Assembly (NCBI GenBank): GCA_902520595.1
Contig: CABYOM010000004.1
Span: 1-59,047 of the forward strand
Direction of reading: 5' to 3'
Source: an uncultured Candidatus Poseidoniales archaeon
GTDB lineage: Archaea; Thermoplasmatota; Poseidoniia; Poseidoniales; Poseidoniaceae
Length of the DNA: 59,047 nt
Shown here: in pieces, positions 20,461 to 28,154 of the stretch
Numbering within the stretch: the stretch's first letter is position 1
Layout: every line of letters begins with the position of its first letter
Program-made: the position numbers and the translations under genes
Notes under the pieces: model-generated
The model's database searches: none
What the model was told of the DNA's origin: nothing
The model's input: the letters and a program-made list of their open reading frames with translations, nothing else

Positions 20461-21412
20461 TTTCTCCACCTTCCAAAGTTTCATTTTTGTTTTGCTCAAA
20501 AATAATCAATACCATGCCAGCAATCAGTACCGAGCCTCCAACCCATGTCCATATACCGGGGACTTCAGCAGTTCCTAACTGCCATCCAATCAGGGTACCT
20601 ATCAACGGCTCGAAAAGGTATGCAACGCTAACAATGATTGGAGGGAACCACCTCAACACCATACTTATTCCAGCATGACCTACAATACCAGGGAATACAG
20701 CGAGATACAACACATAGGGTAACCAAGACAAAGCCATCCAACCTACGATTGAAATATCTGCATCAGACATTGAAAACGTTGAACCTTCTGAAATCAAGGA
20801 AATGAGCGCTAATTGAATTGCAGCTATGAATGTAACCGGGAAAGCATAGACGAATAAGGGCATCCATTTCCTCAATTTACTACCTGCGATCAAGTATCCT
20901 AAAATCGCAACAGCGCCCAATATTGCTGCTATGTCACCGATCAAAGTAGCATCAACTTCAGATGAAATTCCTAGCAGCGTGATGCTTGCACCAGTAAATC
21001 CAACAATCGCGCCCGCTATTTGTTTGACAGGAACAAATCGTCTCAGTAGTAAAGCACCAGAAACGAGGAGGAGGGGATGAATCGTCACAAGAAGTAAACT
21101 GTGTGTCAATGATGTGTTGTCTAAGGACCACACCCATGCACCCATGTGCAACCCAAGACTTAATCCAGACCCTAAAAGGATGAAAATGGTTTCCTTATCC
21201 ATAATTTTGGCCATAATTTCGGGTTGCTTGCTGCATTGTCTGTATTGAATGATGAACATCGGGGCCATCAAAATTGCAGTAAGTTGAAACCTCCACGATG
21301 CCCGAAGCATAGGTTCGACATCATCCATAAGTTGAAAGATTGCCCCTGCACTTGAAACAGAAACTATAGCGAAGAATAGAATAATCCATAAAAGTATACT
21401 ATTTTTCTGAAT
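20453..21412 (-). CDS. DMT/EamA family transporter
   Basis: RASWR, AWVWSLDNTSLTHSLLLV, GD.AA..GA, PGIVGH, EPLIG motifs. The frame with TM1 extends upstream of ATG 21328 to an ATT at 21412. Confidence 0.85.
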   Translation of the reverse strand: MQKNSILLWIILFFAIVSVSSAGAIFQLMDDVEPMLRASWRFQLTAILMAPMFIIQYRQCSKQPEIMAKIMDKETIFILLGSGLSLGLHMGAWVWSLDNTSLTHSLLLVTIHPLLLVSGALLLRRFVPVKQIAGAIVGFTGASITLLGISSEVDATLIGDIAAILGAVAILGYLIAGSKLRKWMPLFVYAFPVTFIAAIQLALISLISEGSTFSMSDADISIVGWMALSWLPYVLYLAVFPGIVGHAGISMVLRWFPPIIVSVAYLFEPLIGTLIGWQLGTAEVPGIWTWVGGSVLIAGMVLIIFEQNKNETLEGGENE

Positions 21413-21568
21413 ATCCTCACCCCTCTTAGCAATCTAAGTCGGCCATAATAGCAAGCAAAATCTCATACTTATTGAAATCATCACTAATTAGCCCAAGTTT
21501 GAACAAACACAACGTATCGAATCCAATTAACCAAATCTGGTAAATGAATAAGTGGTTTACGTATAATA

Positions 21569-21652
21569 ACGAGGGGTCATGTTAACAACCCTTGTACACG
21601 ATTTGCATGTTCACAAGGTTTGCAGTGGGTCATATGCAACGGTACCGTTGTG
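21569..21652 (+). repeat. diverged inverted copy of 18564-18648 (27-bp site plus 14-bp palindrome)
   Basis: ACGAGGGG-TCATGTTAACA-ACCCTTGT (21569-21595), then GGTTTGCAGTGGGTCATATG and the perfect palindrome CAACGGTACCGTTG (21637-21650). Confidence 0.8.
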
Positions 21653-21677
21653 TTCAAAAGCGGGTAAGCGATTGAAA

Positions 21678-22703
21678 TCAGCGAGTTGCAAGAGTGAGGT
21701 TCTTCCACATCTCTTCTGGGACTTCCATAGCAAGTCTGAGACCACCCATTGCGCCGAGACGAACCGGGTCATCAACTACGTGAACATTCACATCGCCCAT
21801 GTCGGAGAGTTTACGCTCAATCATTGCACCGAGACCCTTAATTCCAGATCCGCCACCAGCAAGAACCATGTTTCGACGGAACTCGTCATGATATTCTGGG
21901 TTTGAACCAGCAATCAATTCCTTAACGTTCTCGACAATAGGATCAACAATTGATTCGCAAGCACGTTGGATACAATCTGTGATGTCAAGATTCATTGCCT
22001 TACCTTCAATAGAAAAGTCAACCATAACTGGTTCATCAGGAGATGCAGAGCCAACAAAGGAATACTGTTCCTTCCAGCGTCGAGCCATGTCCTTGGTAAT
22101 TTGCGCACCACTGTATTTGGATTGAACTTCTTTGATAATTGCCCGGTCGATGAAATCACCAGCATGACCAGTGTGCATTTGGTCGCCTGGACCAGGGATT
22201 GTTCCGTATACACGGCAAAGGTCTGCTGTTCCTGCCCCGATATCGATGACAAGAGTGTGTTCAATCATATCGAGTGCATAAGCAACTGCGAAAGGTTCTG
22301 AAATAATCATAGCAGCGTTTACAGAACCTGCTGCAGCATCAAAGATTGATGTCTTATCGACGTAACTCGCTTCAGCAGGTGCGCCTATGACTGCGACCAC
22401 ACGGTCATAATCTTCAGGGTCGGAAAGACCGATAAGATGGGTAATGAAGTGTGCAATAAATTCACGGTCTTCTTGTGTGTCCTTGATTACACCAAGTTCC
22501 AATGGACGGAAAAGATTCAGAGCGAGTCGATTTTTGAGAGCTTCTTCACCAAAAAGAACATCTCGCTTGAGGAAGTTTCGAGCAATCGGGTCCTTTGGAG
22601 TGCCAATGACTGTGAGCTCTTCTTCTTCATGACTATCCGAAGATACCATTACGGAACGGAAGGTTCCTAAATCAATTCCAATATACAATATGTCTTCTGC
22701 CAT
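21678..22703 (-). CDS. actin-like ATPase, MamK-like
   Basis: Phosphate 1 GIDLGT, VIGAPA, SEPFAVAY, phosphate 2 DIGAGTAD, KEQYSFV, adenosine LAGGGS, C-terminal GGLRLA.E.P.E.W. Confidence 0.9.
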   Translation of the reverse strand: MAEDILYIGIDLGTFRSVMVSSDSHEEEELTVIGTPKDPIARNFLKRDVLFGEEALKNRLALNLFRPLELGVIKDTQEDREFIAHFITHLIGLSDPEDYDRVVAVIGAPAEASYVDKTSIFDAAAGSVNAAMIISEPFAVAYALDMIEHTLVIDIGAGTADLCRVYGTIPGPGDQMHTGHAGDFIDRAIIKEVQSKYSGAQITKDMARRWKEQYSFVGSASPDEPVMVDFSIEGKAMNLDITDCIQRACESIVDPIVENVKELIAGSNPEYHDEFRRNMVLAGGGSGIKGLGAMIERKLSDMGDVNVHVVDDPVRLGAMGGLRLAMEVPEEMWKNLTLATR

Positions 22704-22861
22704 AGCACTCGCCTAACCTTGCCATTGCGAACTACCTTATGAAGAATACCTCCCCTGTGAGAGAAGTTTTTCACCACGAATAGTCAAATCCGTACGGAAA
22801 TCTTGATTGAATAGGTTCTATAGAGTCGGGTCTGAAAAGTAATTTTCTCGGGTATTCCCTC

Positions 22862-23878
22862 TCAACACCACTCTTCACATGACTGGCAATACCATGCAGC
22901 ATATTCTGGATAGAGTTGTGCCATTTTCCCACAACTTGTACACTCTTTGAGCGTGTCTTCACCATACATTTCCAAAACCATTTGAACATGATACACATCA
23001 TCAATACCGAGTTGCTGACGCATAGACCAAAGCAATTGGTCTTCGCTTGGTGAGATAATTCCATCTTCTAAAACCAATTCGACGATACTGCGGTAATCTT
23101 CAAAATCTTGGAGATTCCGAGCATCGAGAACAATACCATTCTTCTCTGCAACAATATCAGTGCCTCCCGGGTCATCGACGAAAAGAACCAGTGATTCAGA
23201 CTTTAGTTGATCACTGCGAAGTTCAAAAGAGATTCGAACCCCTTCAAGGGTGGCAAATACCAATTCTGAATTGTTATTAATCGTCGTCGTAATCGAACGT
23301 GCCGTATCTTCAGCAGAGCGACCCTTTCGCCATCCATTCGGGTCATTGACATTAAAGCAATAAAATTCAGTACCCATTCCGGGATACTCTAATCGAATTT
23401 CTTCCCCACCGTCAAATCCATTGGCAACTACTGTAAGTGCAGCGACTTCTGTTGAAACAATATTATCATCGTCATCAAAACTGATCATCAAAGGTTTTCT
23501 CTCTTCTGTGGCGGTGTTAAAGTGGCCCTGCATTCCAGTCATCCATTTATCTTCAAGACGAGCGAGTGATTCTTCTTGCTTTTTTGAGAGGTTCTTCTCA
23601 ACGCCGAGAACTCCTGCTAAACTACCGGATTCAATCTCGCGCTTAAATTCCTCAATTTTTTCCGTGTCTTGATGATATGTTGGGACTGCGTGTGTATTTG
23701 ATTCTTCGACATAATCGGGGTCTTGCCACTCATGTTGACAAGAAACACACGAAAGATAGCCAGTCATTGTTGATGGTTGGGCATCCCCGCCACAACGAGG
23801 GCAATCACCGCCTTCATTGAATCCGAGATTATCAACAGCCTCGCGACGACCCTTTCGTATATTGCCGAATCCCGCCAT
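22862..23878 (-). CDS. hypothetical protein with N- and C-terminal zinc ribbons and a TerB-like motif
   Basis: CPRC...CVSC and CTSC...WYCQSC; LEDGIISPSE..LL...R..LGI. Confidence 0.7.
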   Translation of the reverse strand: MAGFGNIRKGRREAVDNLGFNEGGDCPRCGGDAQPSTMTGYLSCVSCQHEWQDPDYVEESNTHAVPTYHQDTEKIEEFKREIESGSLAGVLGVEKNLSKKQEESLARLEDKWMTGMQGHFNTATEERKPLMISFDDDDNIVSTEVAALTVVANGFDGGEEIRLEYPGMGTEFYCFNVNDPNGWRKGRSAEDTARSITTTINNNSELVFATLEGVRISFELRSDQLKSESLVLFVDDPGGTDIVAEKNGIVLDARNLQDFEDYRSIVELVLEDGIISPSEDQLLWSMRQQLGIDDVYHVQMVLEMYGEDTLKECTSCGKMAQLYPEYAAWYCQSCEEWC

Positions 23879-23946
23879 GTTTAACCCACATCATTGCTTT
23901 TCTATCAAGGCTTTGGAGAAACGAATTCGAAACGCAACAGACCCCA

Positions 23947-24795
23947 TCATGGCTTAGGATAAGCCTTCAAACCATAACGAATAACGCCTTCCTGTGCGTA
24001 AATTCGTCGGACAGAGAACTCTACATCATCACCAATTTTTGGTGAATAATCTACATCATCGCAAACGAGAAATACTCCACGAGGGCCTTGCTCAAAACGT
24101 ACAAGAAGAGTTTGAATTCCTCCAAGAATTGGGGCACGAAGAGAAAATTCAGATGGTGCACCTGCTGCACTGAGTTTCGTCCATGATTCAACACGGGCTT
24201 CTCCTGCCAAAGCATGAGATTCACTTGGAATACGTTGGCCGGAAGAATCCAGTTGACGCGGTGGCCAAATGAGACTGTCATCGAGCTTTTGAGAAGCGAG
24301 GGATAAACGTGCACGGGCACCTTCAAGATACTGAGATTCTGAAACATAAGCACCTTGTGAAACGTGACTTACAGAATTTTCCTGCGCCCATGCATCACAA
24401 ATATCATTGTAGAATTGCCCGTCGATAAGTTCGATGTCAATAGGATTTTCAAACTCATATTCTTCCATTTCCGTTTTTGCGAGAACCATCGTTGCTTCTT
24501 CACCCGACAACAGATTCCACATGACCTGTTCAAATTCTAACCGTTCGTTATTGAGCATCGAATCGACTCCAGTAGCCAAAAACACGGTGGATGCTTCGAC
24601 TGTTGGTGGAAGGTGAATTGAATCGATGAGATGTCCTTGCTTTTTCATGTACTGAATGGCTGCAATAGCCAGAGTAGTATCGTCACTGTCTGAACCGTAT
24701 ACAATTTTTCCATCGAGAAGATAAGGAGATTGGATGAATAGTGCATTACCATTATCCACCGCTAAGTAACCTTTCCATCGGTGATGTTCACTCAT
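23947..24795 (-). CDS. DUF35 OB-fold thiolase partner with a degenerate N-terminal extension
   Basis: QGAYVS, WPPR, ESWT, P.IGD.VE...RRIY.Q.G..RYG.KA; ATG overlaps the thiolase stop. Confidence 0.75.
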   Translation of the reverse strand: MSEHHRWKGYLAVDNGNALFIQSPYLLDGKIVYGSDSDDTTLAIAAIQYMKKQGHLIDSIHLPPTVEASTVFLATGVDSMLNNERLEFEQVMWNLLSGEEATMVLAKTEMEEYEFENPIDIELIDGQFYNDICDAWAQENSVSHVSQGAYVSESQYLEGARARLSLASQKLDDSLIWPPRQLDSSGQRIPSESHALAGEARVESWTKLSAAGAPSEFSLRAPILGGIQTLLVRFEQGPRGVFLVCDDVDYSPKIGDDVEFSVRRIYAQEGVIRYGLKAYPKP

Positions 24796-25963
24796 TTTTA
24801 TCCCTCCCGAATATGTGAACCGCGCACGTAGCTCCTGAGCCTCCAACATTGTGTGTTAAACCAATTTCAGCATCACGCACTTGCCGTGATTTTTCGACTG
24901 TACCCCGCAATTGTTTGAACACTTCAACAGCTTGCCCAGTGCCGGTTGCACCCAGAGGATGGCCTTTCGATTTGAGCCCACCACTCGGATTGACACATAC
25001 CGATCCTTGATTGAGAATTCCTTGCCCTTCTCTGGAAAAAGAGCCCCCTTGTCCGTGTTGTGCAAACCCGAGATCTTCTGTTGCAATCAGTTCAGCAATC
25101 GTGAAACAATCATGAACTTCCGCCAAATCGACATCGTTGGAGCTAATTCCAGCAGCAGTATAGGCCAACTGTGACGCTTTTTGTGTTGCAACTAGTTGGG
25201 TTATTGATGGACGATCATGAAGTGCAAGACGATCCGATGCAGCCCCCGATGAGCGAATCCATACAGGGTCATCAGTAAATTGTTGAACGACGTGGTCGGC
25301 TGCTAGAATCACACATGATGCACCGTCTGAAGTTGGGCAGCAATCATACAACGTCAATGGGTCTGCGACCATAAATCCACTTTCAGCTTTTTCAAATGAG
25401 ACTTGCTTGCGTATGTGTGCATGCTGATTTTCATAACCGTGCATGTGATTTTTAACGCTGATATGAACTAAATCATCATGCGAAGATTGGTGTTCGTGAA
25501 AATGACGTCGTGCCATAAGGGCATATGTTCCCGGAAAAGTGAGACCTGCAAGTCGTTCCCATTCTGTGTCTCCCGAAACACCGAGCCAGAAACGCTTTCT
25601 CTCTGCGGAAAGGTCGTTCATTTTTTCAATTCCTCCAGCCACAACAATATCTGCTTGACCGCTTTTGATTGCCATCCATGCATCACGTAGAGCGAAACCA
25701 GAAGAAGCGCAGGCATTTTCAACACGGCGAACTGGAATGCCATCCAATCCCGAATGTTCGGTGAGCAATGCTGCAGTGTTACCAAGTTGAGCACCGCCAA
25801 AAGCCACACTACCGATGAATGCTTCATCCACTTGACGTGGGTCAAAATCTTTATCGACACTTGAAAAAGCGTTTTCAGCAGCCTCAGCCCACATTCCTTT
25901 CAAACCAAGTTTGTGATTGCCATACTTTGTTTGGCCAGCACCGATGACGGCTACATCAACCAT
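24788..25963 (-). CDS. acetyl-CoA acetyltransferase (archaeal thiolase)
   Basis: VENACASSG, DCCPTSDGA, AEVHDCF, NPSGGL.SKGHP.GATG, HNVGG. Confidence 0.92.
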   Translation of the reverse strand: MVDVAVIGAGQTKYGNHKLGLKGMWAEAAENAFSSVDKDFDPRQVDEAFIGSVAFGGAQLGNTAALLTEHSGLDGIPVRRVENACASSGFALRDAWMAIKSGQADIVVAGGIEKMNDLSAERKRFWLGVSGDTEWERLAGLTFPGTYALMARRHFHEHQSSHDDLVHISVKNHMHGYENQHAHIRKQVSFEKAESGFMVADPLTLYDCCPTSDGASCVILAADHVVQQFTDDPVWIRSSGAASDRLALHDRPSITQLVATQKASQLAYTAAGISSNDVDLAEVHDCFTIAELIATEDLGFAQHGQGGSFSREGQGILNQGSVCVNPSGGLKSKGHPLGATGTGQAVEVFKQLRGTVEKSRQVRDAEIGLTHNVGGSGATCAVHIFGRDKNE

Positions 25964-26070
25964 GGCACTCCCAAGAGGAGTCAGCACTTGAGTGAGTCGG
26001 TCAAAATCGAGCATTAAAACCGTTGGAACTACCCGTAGAGTCTAAGAACACGCTCCACTCCCCTCAAAAT

Positions 26071-26793
26071 ATGCTACGACAATGTCGAGAACGGTCTTGT
26101 AAAATAAACAACGGATTCTTCACTGGCCCGAATTGCCACATCTGTAACGAGGAAGGTAAATTCATCATGAGCGACCGAGAAGCGAATTCTCTTGGCCGAA
26201 TGCTTGCGCTCGTATTACGCCATGCTCCTGAAAAGTTTAACGTGGAAATGGACATCAACGGTTGGGTTAACAGCCGTGAGCTCTCTGAATCAATATCAAA
26301 GCAACGCCGTCACTATCACTGGTTAAGAGGCTGGCATTTCTCTGCAATCGCAAATTCAGATGACAAAGGAAGATACCAAGTTGAAGGAGAAATGATTCGT
26401 GCAACTTATGGTCACTCAATTGAATTGGAACTCGACCTCCCAACAGACCAAATTCCTGAAGCATTGTACTGGCCATGCGAAGAAGAGCAAGTTGAGACCA
26501 TCAAGGAACTCGGAATTACAACTGGAGATCGGAAGAACATTCACCTTTCACGAAGTATCTCGAACGCCATGGAAGCAGGATACAAAGGCTCTTCACAAAT
26601 CAACCGTCCAGCAATCCTTGAAGTTGATACAGTTCGCGCAATAGCAGACGGGCACATCATTTACAGAGCAGGTAAAACCGTCTTCTTGGTTGATGAAATG
26701 CCAGGAGAATACCTCTATCGAATAGAGGCAGATGACCCAATGGTTTTGGAAATAATTGCTCAGTGGGAACTCGAAGAGCAAGAAGAGGAATGA
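26071..26793 (+). CDS. kptA: RNA 2'-phosphotransferase (Tpt1/KptA)
   Basis: LRHAP, KGRY, IRATYGHS, R..IHLS; N-terminal Cys cluster. Confidence 0.85.
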   Translation: MLRQCRERSCKINNGFFTGPNCHICNEEGKFIMSDREANSLGRMLALVLRHAPEKFNVEMDINGWVNSRELSESISKQRRHYHWLRGWHFSAIANSDDKGRYQVEGEMIRATYGHSIELELDLPTDQIPEALYWPCEEEQVETIKELGITTGDRKNIHLSRSISNAMEAGYKGSSQINRPAILEVDTVRAIADGHIIYRAGKTVFLVDEMPGEYLYRIEADDPMVLEIIAQWELEEQEEE

Positions 26794-27129
26794 TCAGCGC
26801 TTCGTACCGCACGAAGGGCAGAAATCAAGGTCATTTTCAAGCCGTGCACCACAATCTTTGCAGTGTGCACCGCTGATACTCAGTGTATCCAGTTTCGACA
26901 CATGCTGTGGCGCTTCATCACGAGCAGTTGGAAGAACGATGTGAAGCGGGTCAATGCCCTGTTCTTTGAGTTCACGGAAACGGTTTCCGAAAATTATTGC
27001 CTCTTGGATAGCAGATTCAATTTGGAGTTGACGTGTTTCACGTTCAGTTCGGTCAGCTATTTCTTCTGATTCTTCAAGCACGGCTTGGAGATGACGCATG
27101 AAGTCACTCAGCGTTGGACCATCGGACAT
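26794..27129 (-). CDS. hypothetical zinc-ribbon protein
   Basis: C-terminal CKDCG...FCPSCG; promoter-like ATTGATGA 22 nt upstream of ATG 27129. Confidence 0.7.
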   Translation of the reverse strand: MSDGPTLSDFMRHLQAVLEESEEIADRTERETRQLQIESAIQEAIIFGNRFRELKEQGIDPLHIVLPTARDEAPQHVSKLDTLSISGAHCKDCGARLENDLDFCPSCGTKR

Positions 27130-27232
27130 ACTTACTGGTTGACTCGGTGGGTCATCAATGCTTGGTGGAAAAACGGTGATTTGAAAGAAAATCAAGGGTC
27201 ATCCTCATGAGCCATTCACCCTTGGTCGAAAT

Positions 27233-28057
27233 ATGCGTGAGCGTGTTGTCATCAAATGGGGTGGCGGACTTATCACAGAGAAATCGTCACTTTGCACTCC
27301 TGATTTGGAGATTTTGGAACGACTTGCACTGACTATAGTCGATTGTCAAAAGAATGGTATTGATGTCATATTGGTTCACGGTGCTGGCTCATACGGTCAC
27401 CTCCGTGCAAAACATTGGCGACTCAATGAAGGATTGCTCACCAATGTTCAAATCAAAAGCGATGGAGTGTGTAAAACTCAAAAAGAAGCAGTTAATACTG
27501 TTCGTCAAGAGATGCTAGAACTCAATGCACATGTATGTCATGCTCTTGAGCAAAAAAACATCACACCAATCGTGCACCCTCCTCACCTTTGGGCCAAGAA
27601 TACTGGGCCGAGTTTCGATGGGAATCTCAACCGGTTTAATCATCAGGAGCAAGGACAAGTGCATGTCACCTTTGGTGACGTTGTTAATGTTGAAGGGGAC
27701 GAGGCATTTGGTATTCTTTCCGGTGATGACCTTGTCGTACGATTGGCAGTCGAATTGCCTAGAGTCCAACGATTGGTATTCGCTATCAAGGGAGTTGATG
27801 GCATCTTACGCTTACCTCCTGATGTGGCCAAGGATAACGATCTTATCGAAAATTGGCATCCTGATATTGAATTTGAAGGGACACATCAATCACAAATAGA
27901 TGTAACTGGCGGCATAGGCCTCAAAGCTGCTCGAGGCGCTCTGGTTGCATCACATGAAATTGACGTAGTCATGGTGAATGGTGACTACACTGAACGTGTT
28001 TTAGACGCAATGCTCGGGAATGCTGTTCGTGGTACAAGAATTACAGCAAAACAGTGA
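27233..28057 (+). CDS. ipk: isopentenyl phosphate kinase
   Basis: IKWGGGLITEK, LVHGAGSYGH with the IPK His, GDVV, SGDD, DVTGGI..K. Confidence 0.88.
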   Translation: MRERVVIKWGGGLITEKSSLCTPDLEILERLALTIVDCQKNGIDVILVHGAGSYGHLRAKHWRLNEGLLTNVQIKSDGVCKTQKEAVNTVRQEMLELNAHVCHALEQKNITPIVHPPHLWAKNTGPSFDGNLNRFNHQEQGQVHVTFGDVVNVEGDEAFGILSGDDLVVRLAVELPRVQRLVFAIKGVDGILRLPPDVAKDNDLIENWHPDIEFEGTHQSQIDVTGGIGLKAARGALVASHEIDVVMVNGDYTERVLDAMLGNAVRGTRITAKQ

Positions 28058-28154
28058 ACTGCGTTCTTTACACTATGAAAATATCATTAATTCTCAACAG
28101 ATAGTAGAGAACTCTTCATGTAGCGACCGCGAACACATTGAAATTGGGGTTCAC

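Noticed and set aside
15070-21412. Canonical integron
   Set aside because: No intI is present, genes lie in mixed orientation, only one attC-sized fold-back exists, and its pairing extends outside the core sites.
17959-21652. CRISPR array
   Set aside because: The repeats are few, diverged, in both orientations and separated by whole genes; there are no regular spacers and no cas genes.
21678-22703. Magnetosome island
   Set aside because: Only the actin is MamK-like; no other mam or mms genes are recognisable.
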